A stretch of DNA of 63,961 nt, counting the filler, from Octopus bimaculoides (taxonomy: Eukaryota), in assembly GCF_001194135.2 (NCBI RefSeq). It is 8 parts of 6 records of this genome, joined end to end, with 100 filler letters (N's around TTAATTAATTAA, not from the genome) between each part and the next. Parts side by side here need not be neighbours in the genome. Positions count along the whole stretch, not along the records: positions 1 to 8,898 come from NC_068985.1; positions 8,999 to 27,501 come from NC_068985.1; 6 more parts are not named here. One strand, written 5' to 3'. Positions 1-10,965 of this stretch are shown piece by piece. The notes below the pieces were generated by a model. The model was not told the origin of the DNA. It saw nothing but the letters and a program-made list of their open reading frames with translations, and made no database searches. The position numbers and the translations under genes were made by a program. Each line of letters opens with the position of its first letter. The stretch's first letter is position 1.

Positions 1-109
1 GCTCTCTCTCCGTCGAGGTAACAGGTTTAGTGTATGGTTCTTGCTGCGTGTCACAAATAGGACGGAAAGTGACGATCCGATCCTTTTCTATTCTGGCTAC
101 TAAGATAAA

Positions 110-165
<56 letters not shown>

Positions 166-555
166 GGCTTGTGTCTGAATAACACATGTACTGAAACCAC
201 TCACACATACACACGCGCTAATATGTACACATAGACAAGCATAGCTACGTCAGCTCATATAGATACCTGCAGATGTAATCCCATGCTCAAACATACGAAC
301 ATACATGCGTACAGACAGACAGACACACACACACATGCATACACACATATTTGTAGATATGCACAAATACACAGATTCATACCGACACACACACACACAC
401 ACGCACGTACAGGGTGTCCCAAAAGTTACTGATGGGTTTCAATTTTTAATAACTTCATCAACTTTAAAAATTAATGAATGAAAAAAAAATATAATGTTTT
501 GAATGGCACGACAATGCTCTATAATAACTGTTGTAATTCAGTCATCCATTTAATC

Positions 556-1084
556 ATATGGCTGTGTGGTAAGTAGCTTGCTTACCAACCACATGGTTCC
601 GGGTTCAGTCCCACTGCGTGGCAACTTGGGCAAGTGTCTTCCACCATAGCCTTGGGCCGACCAAAGCCTTGTGAGTGGATTTGGTAGACGGAAACTGAAA
701 GAAGCCCGTCATATATATGTATAGTATATATANNNNNNNNNNNNNNNNNNNNNNNNNNNNNNNNNNNNNNNNNNNNNNNNNNNNNNNNNNNNNNNNNNNN
801 NNNNNNNNNNNNNNNNNNNNNNNNNNNNNNNNNNTATATATATATATATATATGTATATGTATGTATGTATGTGTGTGTATGTGTTTGTCCCCCAACATC
901 GCTTGACAACCGATGGTGGTGTGTTTACGTCCCCGTAACTTAGCGGTTCGGCAAAAGAGACCGATAGAATAAGTACTAGGCTTACAAACAATAAGTCCTG
1001 GGGTCGATTTGCTCGACTAAAGGCGGTGCTCCAGCATGGCCGCAGTCAAATGACTGAAACAAATAAAAGAGTAATAAAAGAGTA
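556..1084 (+). mobile_element. tRNA-derived CORE-type SINE, family A (octopus OR1/OR2-like), full length with internal gap
   Basis: Head ggctgtgtggtaag...gggttcagtccc, CORE-like ggca(c/a)cttgggcaagtgtc, internal (TA/TG)n, tail gactgaaacaa...taaaagagt; more than 20 related copies in the window. Confidence 0.9.
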
Positions 1085-1558
1085 TTGGTCATTATCAATG
1101 GTTGGTTTTACATTTTGTCCCTTATTGATATAATAAAGACCGGTCAAATACTGAGGTTAATATTATTGACCGTTCCCTCCTATTCAAAAAAAAAAAAATT
1201 AAATAGAGTTTTAGCCTTCTGTCGATGCAAGGTATTATCATTTTCGTAATCTTTCCTCCCAGAGCGTCACGCCATTGGAATTACCACCTTTTGGAAGTTT
1301 TTAAATTTTATCTCCAGAAAACAATGGCTTATAGACGTTCCAACACCATATCAATCAGTCGAATTAATCTTACCAACTGTATTGATATTGCCAAAAGTAC
1401 CTCACAGACATCGGAAAATAAGAGGACATCATGGTTTTGAAGCGAAATTCTTAACCATTTGGTCAAGACTGGATTCTTAGACAAACAGACATGCACGCAG
1501 GCAATCAATAACTAGAGGTGATTTCTGTATTTCAAGAAAAATATCGAAATTCACAAAC

Positions 1559-1785
1559 CTGACTCGGTACTTTATTGTACCATTCTTGTAAAGATGGATC
1601 ATCTTGTTCGGCATCGTAACCAGGTGAAACGAAGCATGTTTTTCATTTGCAAAATATAAATCAGGTACCCAAAGCTTCTCAATGAATTTGGTGTTCAGTT
1701 CGAGGAACTGGTCTTCGAGATAGCTGGAATAGTCTAAACGGGGATCATTCCATATCTGGGTGAGGATAAAAGTCATTGTGTAATC
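1559..1785 (-). CDS. Internal exon of a Cys-loop ligand-gated ion channel subunit (GlyR/GluCl-like), extracellular domain loops D, A and E
   Basis: Acceptor ttctattctgacag|GAT and donor GTC AG|gtttgt; 227 nt, phase 0 to 2. Encodes DYTMTFILTQIWNDPRLDYSSYLEDQFLELNTKFIEKLWVPDLYFANEKHASFHLVTMPNKMIHLYKNGTIKYRVR, with the WNDPRL, W.PDL.FANEK and NG..Y..R motifs of glycine/GluCl receptors. Confidence 0.95.
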
Positions 1786-1930
1786 CTGTCAGAATAGAAG
1801 AAATGAAAATCTGACTATAAGGCTTATTTTGTGAAAGCATGAGTTAAGCTAGTTTAATACACACACACACACACTAATATTTATCTATCTATCCCCACCT
1901 CTCTCTCTCTCTCTCTCTCTGTATATATAT

Positions 1931-1961
<31 letters not shown>

Positions 1962-2064
1962 TATATGCATATCTAAATGTATATATATATATATTTGTCT
2001 ATATATAAAAAAGAATAAGATAAAGAGACCAAAGGCATAAGTAGAATTATATTTTATGTATAAT

Positions 2065-2113
2065 GTCTTACAGCTGTTTCAGGGAAAATTCAATGTATCC
2101 CTTCATCGGAGAC
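2065..2113 (-). ncRNA. Minimal type I hammerhead ribozyme motif, U4C core variant, in the receptor intron
   Basis: Minus strand reads GUCU-CCGAUGA-AGGGA-[12 nt]-UCCCU-GAAA-CAGCUG-UA-AGAC. All three stems pair; stem III palindrome ACAGCUGU; GUA site. Confidence 0.7.
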
Positions 2114-2495
2114 GGTAATAGTAGAAGAATGGATTATTACATCTATGAGAGGAGATTTGTAGTAATAAATAAGAGCGATGCGTAGAAGAAAGAACAAAGA
2201 AGAAAAAGTACTTGGAGTATAGTTCCATTCCAACAGTAAACATCCATGTTATATGTATATATGTATATATGTGATATATATGCATATATGTAGTTTAATA
2301 AATGACAGAGGAAGAGGGAACTTCATTAGCTTACAGTTGTTTCTGCTTTAAGACGCAATGCACTCTCACCTCAGTCCTTGTGCATCACCTTATAGTTTCC
2401 TTTGAAGCTGCGAAGAGTTAGAACAAGAATATTGAACAATCAGAGCCTTTTGTGAACACCGTCTACCGAAAATTTCAGGTCTGTAATGGCTGTTA

Positions 2496-2800
2496 GTGGA
2501 GGCACATGACCTAGTTGTTAGAGCAGCGGACTGCTGGTTGAGGAATCGCGGGTTCGAATCTCAGACTAGGTGATGTGTGCGTTAATGAGGAAAACATCAA
2601 AGTTCCACGCGTCTCTGGTAGAAGGTAATGGCGAACTTCTGCTGACTCTTTCGCTACAACTTTCTCTCACTCTTTCCTCCTGCATCTAGCACCTCACCAG
2701 TGACGGACCGGTGTCCCGTCCAGGTGGGGAACCTATACGCCAATGAAACCGGAAAAACCGGCCGTTATGACCCAGGCATAGCTCGAGAAGGAACAAACAC
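2496..2800 (+). mobile_element. tRNA-derived SINE, family B
   Basis: A-box-like t(g/a)(a/g)cctagt(t/g)gtt, B box ggttcgaatctc, tail gctcgagaaggaacaaac; near-identical to 4545-4853. Confidence 0.9.
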
Positions 2801-2872
2801 ACAATGGCTGCTAACTGCAGATTTCAGGCCAAACAATCTTAAGTGAAATGAATGTTGGGAGTGTTTACTTAC

Positions 2873-2940
2873 CATTGCTGACTCAGATATCGAATCAATA
2901 CTATAGATATAAAGATGAACTCTGACCTCGGTTGGAATCT
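2873..2940 (-). CDS. Preceding 68-nt exon of the same Cys-loop receptor
   Basis: Acceptor tctcttgcag|AG and donor GCA ATG|gtaagt; phase 1 to 0. Encodes IPTEVRVHLYIYSIDSISESAM, aligning with GlyR [22 protein letters not shown] and joining the next exon in frame (M|DY). A 68-nt exon here matches GlyR/GABA-A gene structure as recalled. Confidence 0.93.
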
Positions 2941-3050
2941 CTGCAAGAGAACAAATGCAACATGTTACATCATTCGTGGAATGTATAGGTAAAGGTGGTG
3001 GGGAGCGACGGTAAGTCCAGTTAATCAATTAGCCAATCAGTATCTGCTGA

Positions 3051-3390
3051 AACCCCCTTCGGTCATGACTGACCATAGGATTGCACCTGGAAAGTTACCC
3101 TCCCAGGCACAAGTCCGTGCAAAGTTGTTTATGGAAGGCCACCAGTCGCCCATGCATACCGGCTTCCCTATCCAAGGGAAAGGCAAAGGGGCCGATACAG
3201 CTTGGCACCAGTGATGTCGCAACTCATTTCTACAGCTGAGTGAACTGGAGCAAGGTGAAATAAAGTGTCTTGCTCAAGAACACAACACGCAGTCCGGTCC
3301 GGGATTCGAACTCACAACCTCACAATCGTAAGCTCGACGCTCTAACCACTGAGCCATGCGCCTTCAATATCTATTGATCTGAGCCATGCG
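3051..3390 (-). mobile_element. tRNA-derived CORE-type SINE, family C
   Basis: Minus-strand head gaaggcgcatggctcagtggttagagcg...gttcgaatccc; CORE-like gttgtgttcttgagcaagacac; flanked by CCAATCAGTATCTG(C/T)TGA at 3033-3050 and 3391-3408. Confidence 0.9.
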
Positions 3391-3439
3391 CCAATCAGTA
3401 TCTGTTGATCTTGTTACAAGGCGATGATCTTGCAGAGTA

Positions 3440-3632
3440 GTTACCTCGCGGGGAAAATGCTTAGAAGCATTTCGTCCGTCTTTACGTTCTAAGTTCTAAT
3501 TCCGTTGAGGTCGACTTTACCTTTCATCCTTTCGGGGTCGATAAATTAAGTACTAGTGGAACACTGGGATCAGTGTAATTGACTTACTCTCTCCTCCTAA
3601 ATTGCTGGCCTTGTATCAAATTTGAAACCGAT
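3440..3632 (+). mobile_element. SINE family D
   Basis: gtcgactttacctttcatcctttcggggtcgataaattaagtac. Confidence 0.8.
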
Positions 3633-4052
3633 ATCAATTGACATTATGAGTGTAACCATAGCTGTGCGGTAAAGAAATTCTTTGATTCGATTCGATTGCC
3701 TGTGACTTTAAACGAATGCGTTCTTCCATAGACTAGGGTTGGTACAATCCGAACCGAACTTTACGGAAACCAATCTGGTGTACTGTGTGGGTTTTTTGGA
3801 ATTTAAATCTAACCTCTCATACGGTTTAACACCAGCACCCGGCTTTTGCGAACCGTTAATGGCGTTCACAATGAATGTTGCCATCATCGGGCTAATTCTC
3901 TTCCGGTCTGAGGTCAGCAGATATCGTGATGTGTTGCCTTTTACTACAATACTTTTAAGTGTGATATGTGATGGCGTCTTTCTCCTTCCCACCTTAGTCT
4001 CAGAAAACCTGCATAATGTCATAGGTGCTGCTCCTCCTCTTTTCATTAAGCC

Positions 4053-4083
<31 letters not shown>

Positions 4084-4544
4084 NNNNNNNNNNNNNNNNN
4101 NNNNNNNNNNNNNNNNNNNNNNNNNNNATATATAATCATAGCACAGGAACAAAAACAACAGATAATCTCACAGGTCACAATAAGCTCATCTTAATACGAT
4201 AATCTAAGCCAGTGATGCACAGCACTTTTCAAGAGGTTGGTCGCAAAACTCATGAGAAAAACTTCATGGGTCACTATGTATGAGTTTACGTTTAATTGCA
4301 TTATGCAACTCGGTGGGACGTAAGTATCTTAATTTAGAAATTAATAGCGCTTTGCATAATAAGATACATGTAAATTTACTTTTCATTATTTAGAATTTAG
4401 ATTACAAGGACATCATAGAAGTACCAATTAAAACACAGAAAAACTGTTTTATTTACTTTTTGTTTGTTCATTGCGGCGTCAAAATTTATGTCGCATGAAA
4501 GAATTAAGTCTGAAAGTGACTAACGACGATCGCCGTCGAATAGA

Positions 4545-4853
4545 GTGGAGGCACATGGCCTAGTGGTTAGAGCAGCGGACTGGCGGTTGAGGAATCGCCG
4601 CGGGTTCGAATCTCAGATCGGGCGATGTGTGTTCTTATGAGCGAAACACCTAAACTCCACGCGTCTCCTGCAGAAGCTAATGGCGTACTTCTGTTGACTC
4701 GTTCGCCACAACTTTCTCTCACTCTTTCCTCCTGCATCTAGCAGCTCACCTGCGACGGACCGGTGTCCCGTCCAGGTGGGGAACCTATACGCCAATGAAA
4801 CCGAGAAACCAGCCCTTATGGGCCAGGCGTGGCTCGAGAAGGAACAAACAACA
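4545..4853 (+). mobile_element. tRNA-derived SINE, family B
   Basis: Collinear with 2496-2800. Confidence 0.9.
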
Positions 4854-5766
4854 GCAGAGATGTGTGTGAGGTGTATGTGTGAGCGCGCAAGATTGTGTGT
4901 TCAAGAAAGGACACAAAACCTATATAAGAACTGACTAGTGACTAAATTTTAAACAATTGCAGTGGAACTATGCCAGTGACCAGACTTCAGTTGTACGATA
5001 AAAATTTTAACTCCTCATAAAATAAAATAAAATTGCAGAAGAATTCGTTACTGTGCAGTTTAGCTTAAGAGTAAAGCACTTGACGCGTTATCACAAGGAT
5101 GTGAGCTCGAGTCTCATGGCTGGCCGGTAACGTACTTTTCTGCAATGTATGGATAATTTATCCTGATCACGCTATTTATTAGCGGCTTTGATCATATAGG
5201 GCAAAAGAGTTTTGGCAGCTAGTCTTGTACTGTTACAAAGCTTTGTGTATCCAAAATTTGTATCGACATAAACGGTTTTCCTACTTTCAGCTGTAGACTG
5301 TAGAGATAGATAGCAATGGGCTGAAGAATTGAGAAACCGTTAGGTACTTGATAATATCATCAATATCTATTACAGTCTGAACCGATTTGTACCTTCTGGT
5401 TTGAGTTAAGACTAGCTGAATGATGGTGGGATGAACATCCTGTCCAATGTCATTTTGGTAGGATAAGATAGCAGGTTCAGAAAGCCACAAAAGGTTTCAA
5501 TAATTTTGTGAGAGTCTCAGATAAACTTTCAATAATATTTCTAGAAAAAAGTTTATAATTAATCTACAATATTTTTTTTTACATTTCCACACTCAGTGAC
5601 AAAAGACAGATGACTGCCCGCCATAGAATTAAAACGTTAGCAAACATACATATCAAGGAAAAGTTTCGAGGTATTGGAATGATTTTGGAGCATGAAAATT
5701 GTTTAGAATTAAATATGTTATAATTCCTCGTTTAAAAATAATACTTTCAAAGATATAGGCGCTGTA

Positions 5767-6192
5767 TAGGTGTAGGTATGGCTGTGTGGTAAGTAGCTTG
5801 CTTACGAACCACGTAAGCAAGTTCCGGGTTCAGTTCCACTGCATGGCACCTTAGGCAAGTGTCTTCTACTATAGCCTCGGGCCGACCAAAGCCTTGTGAG
5901 TGGATTTGGTAAACGAAAACTGAAAGAAGCCCGTCGTATATATGTATATATATATGTATATGTGTGTGCATGTGTTTGGGTGTCTGTGTTTGTCCCCTCA
6001 ACATCGCTTGACAACCGATGCTGGTGTGTTTACGTCCCCGTAACTTAGCGGTTCGGCAAAAGTGACCGATAGAATAAGTACTAGGCTTACAATGAATAAG
6101 TCCTGGGGGTCGATTTGCTCGACTAAAAGCGGTGCTTCAGCATGGCCACAGTCAAATGACTGAAACAAGTAAAAGAGTAAAAGAGTAAAGAG
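5767..6192 (+). mobile_element. SINE family A, full length
   Basis: Collinear with 556-1084. Confidence 0.9.
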
Positions 6193-6752
6193 TTAGCACG
6201 GTTTCAAACGCCACAGTTGATTGATAATAATTTATTCAATCATAATTTCACGGTTAAGTTTGGTTTTTACTTCTTAAATATTCGAAATTTGGCAGATTCA
6301 TTGACAAANNNNNNNNNNNNNNNNNNNNNNNNNNNNNNNNNNNNNNNNNNNNNNNNNNNNNNNNNNNNNNNNNNNNNNNNNNNNNNNNNNNNNNNNNNNN
6401 NNNNNNNNNNNNNNNNNNNNNNNNNNNNNNNNNNNNNNNNNNNNNNNNNNNNNNNNNNNNNNNNNNNNNNNNNNNNNNNNNNNNNNNNNNNNNNNNNNNN
6501 NNNNNNNNNNNNNNNNNNNNNNNNNNNNNNNNNNNNNNNNNNNNNNNNNNNNNNNNNNNNNNNNNNNNNNNNNNNNNNNNNNNNNNNNNNNNNNNNNNNN
6601 NNNNNNNNNNNNNNNNNNNNNNNNNNNNNNNNNNNNNNNNNNNNNNNNNNNNNNNNNNNNNNNNNNNNNNNNNNNNNNNNNNNNNNNNNNNNNNNNNNNN
6701 NNNNNNNNNNNNNNNNNNNNNNNNNNNNNNNNNNNNNNNNNNNNNNNNNNNN

Positions 6753-6809
<57 letters not shown>

Positions 6810-7437
6810 AATTGCAAACAACTACAGTTGTTGGTATGATATACTGAGCTAAGAGTTTAGTCTGTAATCTGATTGAGGTTATCGATCGCTTTGTTGGCTT
6901 AGAGAGAACAGAAGGTCTTCGCTTATAGCGACGACTGTGTGTACGTCGTGGTGAGACTGAAGGAGAGGAGAAGGAGAGATTGAGAAGAGCTCTGGTGTGT
7001 GTTTGTGTGTGTGAACTTGTTTGTACGCATGCGCGTATTTATGCGCGGTGGTTGTAGAATTGGCCGTAAAATAGATTTTAGATTTATTTGCCCACAACCG
7101 AAGACACAAAAGCAATTTTGTCTGCCCACAACCAGGACTTTGTCTCTATTCATCATGCAATCGAAGTGCAATAACACCAAACGGTCGATTCTTTGGCCCA
7201 AATGGCTAGTGGACTTATCAAACCGGTTTTGAAGCTCTCCTGTACAAATTTATGGATTGAATAACCAGCTGTGTTACTTACAGAGTTGTCTAAGTTCAGG
7301 AAGGGTGGGCACTAGGATCTTACAATGTTGGCAGAGATCTACTTGAAAATATACCTAACGATTTCTTAACAACTTGGGAGACAAGAAAAATGCAGCTCAT
7401 GTGATACACAGAGAATTCTTTGTTTTTTCTTTACAGT

Positions 7438-7606
7438 CGCAGGAGTGGCTGTGTGGTAAGTAGCTTGCTTACCAACCACATGGTTCCGGGTTCAGTCCCA
7501 CTGCGTGGTACCTTGGGCAAGTGTCTTCTACTATAGCCTCGGGCCGACCAAAGCCTTGTGAGTGGATTTGGTAGACGGAAACTGAAAGAAGCCCGTCGTA
7601 TATATG

Positions 7607-7637
<31 letters not shown>

Positions 7638-7850
7638 GTGTCTGTGTTTGTCCCCCCACCATCGCTTGACAACCGATGCTGGTGTGTTTACGTCCCCGTA
7701 ACTTAGCGGTTCGGCAAAAAGAGACCGATAGAATAAGTACTAGGCTTACAAAGAATAAGTTCTGGGGTCGATTTGAACGACTAAAGGCGGTGCTCCAGCA
7801 TGGCCGCAGTCAACTGACTGAAACTAGTAAAAGAGTAAAAGAGTAAAGAG
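7438..7850 (+). mobile_element. SINE family A, full length, low divergence
   Basis: Collinear with the other family A copies; (aaagagt)n tail. Confidence 0.92.
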
Positions 7851-8757
7851 TCATCTCAAAGGCGTTGTATGTATGATGGGGTTAAATACCTTCCAGTTGG
7901 TGATGGCCATGGTGATGATGATAGAGTAAAAACAACTTTTAACGCAGCTGTTCCGTTTAAACTATCTCTTACATACTGCCACAGACAGTCTGATAGTGAA
8001 TGGGACCGAGATACTGAATAACAAACATGCTGGTTCAGACGTTAAAGTAAAACCGAAGAATTAAACCGGTCATACATATAGAGAGATTCTCTCAGCCGCC
8101 AGTTTCTTCTAGATGAGGCTCTTAAATAATGAAAGACGATGAGACAGCATTGAGATAAGTGATGCTCTATGAGAGTAAATAAGCATGTTAAAACTGGAAT
8201 ATTCACACTGCAAATAGTTTGTCATTTCTCGAACCTGTTGGCTTGAGCGCCATCTTCACCTTCACTCCGCTAATATTGACTTCAACTTTCATCTCTTCAG
8301 AAGCAATAAAATAAACAGCACGACAATGATTTGATCAACAGTATTCCTTTCTTTCGAAAAAGTTGCTGATCTTGTCTTTAACCTTGGACAATCAATACTG
8401 AAAAGCAAGCAGCAGTTTCATCTTGACATAGGAGTCAGCAAATATCGGACCCCAAGAGAAAGCAGCATTCGCGAAAGAGAGAAACAAAAGAGGAATAGAT
8501 CGGGTGAAAGACAGAAGTGATGGAAGGGGAGGGAATGAGTTTGAATTTTCTAATGTGATTGATTTTTGCAGCCTCTCATTAATTCTGTAGATGTCGCTTT
8601 GCTGTTTTTTTCTTCTGCGGGCCATGTCTGTCTGTATGTCTGTCTGTCGGTGTGTCTTTGTAGCAAACAGCAAAACTGATTGCTCAGTTTATTGTATGTA
8701 CTTAACTGTCTTTACCTATCCATAAGGAGTGAACCAACTTCAAAGACGAACTAACCT

Positions 8758-8812
<55 letters not shown>

Positions 8813-9016
8813 GCACGCACAAACATACACACACACATACACACACAAGCACACTTACACAACACATGATCAATGGTTTCCGCACAACCAATTCCAACNN
8901 NNNNNNNNNNNNNNNNNNNNNNNNNNNNNNNNNNNNNNNNNNTTAATTAATTAANNNNNNNNNNNNNNNNNNNNNNNNNNNNNNNNNNNNNNNNNNNNTA
9001 TATACATATATATATA

Positions 9017-9233
9017 CAGTAATCCCTCGCCATGTCGTGGTTCACCTATTGCGGTTTACTATTTAAGCTTACGTCGATTCTGCCGTGGTGTTGGTTTGAT
9101 TTTATAATAAATATATACTAATTATAAAAATAGTAAAAAAAATATACAGAACCGTACTGTTTCTACTTCGCAGATTTTCACCTATCACGTGGGGTTTCGG
9201 AACGTAACACCTGCAATGGTCGAGGATTTACTG
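9017..9233. mobile_element. Tigger/pogo-type (Tc1/mariner superfamily) MITE
   Basis: Imperfect TIRs CAGTAATCCCTCGCCAT / ATGGTCGAGGATTTACTG, flanked by TA on both sides; 217 bp, non-coding. Confidence 0.8.
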
Positions 9234-9869
9234 TATATAAGTGTTTTCCATTTTTCCCGAGCATCAAGCTAATACACCTGCTTGTTTTTTTCTACACCTG
9301 TCGCATCTCTGTTTTCTATAAATCTGAACTTTATATTATACGCTCGTCGGGTTACTGCATTGTGATCCTGACTGAACTTCTCATTCTCTTTGACTTGCCT
9401 AGACCTTTCCGCACTTCTCCTCATCCTCATATCAGTACTCTACTCGGATTACCACTGGATCTCCGTACTCTTTTGGCATCTGCCTTCCTGGATTTCACTG
9501 GCTACTTTCGTTGATGTAAATTGTTCTAATCTAACAAGACTTTAGAACCATCTGAACTTATTGAACATTATTTTAATCTGTATTTTAATATTTTGCCATT
9601 TTCTTTCCTTTTTAACTGTTTTTCTTTATGTTCATCCTATTTTCTCACTCTTTACCTTTTTCTTTCTTTTCCAGCATTTCTAATTTCCAGTCTATCTCCA
9701 TGAGGGATCACTGGTCACACCACGGTTTTCGCTTTATTTTCTCTCTATTTATTTCCTCTTATTACTTTCTGTCCAAGAGCGTAGAATCGAAACATAAAAG
9801 ACTTTTCCATTTTCCTCAGGTGTGAAACAAATACACTTGCTTTTTGTTCTTGTCTGCATTTTCATCCCA

Positions 9870-10046
9870 CCATCACTTTACAAACGATGCTGGTGTATTT
9901 ACGTCCCCGTAACTTAGCGGGTCGGCATAAGTAAACCGATAGAATAAGAACTAGGCTTACAAAGAATAAATAACGACTTCGATGTGTTCGACTAAAGGCG
10001 ATGCTCCAGCATGGATGCAGTCAAATGACTGAAACAAGAAAAGAAT
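9870..10046 (+). mobile_element. SINE family A, 3' half
   Basis: gatgctggtgtatttacgtccccgtaacttagcgg...tgactgaaacaag. Confidence 0.85.
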
Positions 10047-10101
10047 ATGTCAACATATGAAAAACTCCAACTTACACTGAATAAAAATGTTATCAGCAAT
10101 T

Positions 10102-10358
10102 AAATAAAGCCTCTTCGTTTCTATACTCACCTCTTCCTTCTTTCCCGGTCTTCAAGGATTGTGCATGAAGTTCAAAGGTCGGGCAAATGTTATTACATTC
10201 AACATCACTAAATCGGCATGTCCATTTCTAACGGAGTTAAATATTGATTTAGTGTTCTTTAACGTGATAACATCTGCCCGAACATTGAACTTCATACACA
10301 ATCCTTGAAGCCAGAGAAAGAAGGAAGAGGTGAGTATAGAAAGGAAGAGGCTTTATTT
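10102..10358. repeat. Long fold-back (about 113-bp arms, about 31-nt spacer)
   Basis: 10102-10214 is an imperfect reverse complement of 10246-10358. Confidence 0.9.
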
Positions 10359-10748
10359 CGGGAAAAGAAGAGGAGGGAAAACGTAGGAAAAATTTACCGG
10401 CAATAATTTTCAACTCGTTCTCAAACGAATAAAGCCGTATTTCTCTTGGGTGTTTATTTCAACGCAGAAGTTGCCAAGCAGAGGCGATATTTGTGATTAA
10501 ACAATTCCGGTGAGTTTTGTATTATGTCGCTATATATTCTGTAGATTTAGGACACTAACTCCAGGTGCCACGCATTAGAACTAAACTCAAATCCATATTG
10601 CTTCGTTTAACGTAGCCACGCTTGCGACTCTTTCAGCATTTACTTAATCTTGGCGTTGTATTAACCTATTATTTCCATTTAAAATAATATAAAATACGAA
10701 ACGTGTCAACCATTTACACTAATTCTGACGCAATATTTCATGTGGGAT

Positions 10749-10965
10749 AAGGCGGCGAACTGGCAGAAACGTTAGCACGCCGGGAAAAAATGCTTAGTTG
10801 TATTTCGTCCATCTTTAATTTCTGAGTTCAAATTCCACCGAGGTCCTGTTTGTTTTTTATCCTTTCGGGGTCGATAAATTAAGTACCAGTTGCGTAATGG
10901 TGTCGATATAATCGACTGGCCTCCTCCTCAAAAATTTCGAGCCTTGTGCTTAGAGTAGAAAATAA
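10749..10965 (+). mobile_element. SINE family D
   Basis: aaggcggcgaactggcagaaacgttagcacgccggg head and Meta-like core. Confidence 0.85.

Noticed and set aside
582-991. Recurrent ORFs such as DGLLSVSVYQIHSQGFGRP and MFVSLVLILSVSFAEPLSY
   Set aside because: Translations of SINE family A, repeated at each copy; not genes.
2496-2580. tRNA-like A and B boxes
   Set aside because: They are heads of SINEs, with no complete cloverleaf or proper tRNA 3' end.
5287-5490. Protein-like ORFs between receptor exons and upstream DNA (including ...MFIPPSFS*)
   Set aside because: No compatible splice sites and no match to the conserved Cys-loop N-terminal helix or YD..RP motif.
8943-8954. TTAATTAATTAA islands inside N-runs (also near 27546, 48118, 53024, 58441, 60808, 62536)
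   Set aside because: Identical 12-mer centred in gaps (44 N on each side at 8899-8998) with stops in all frames: an artificial scaffolding spacer, not biology.
10131-10260. Phase-1 donor in the fold-back as possible receptor exon 2
   Set aside because: The in-frame translation (KWTCRFSDVECNNICPTF...) bears no resemblance to a Cys-loop exon 2 and lies in a palindromic repeat.
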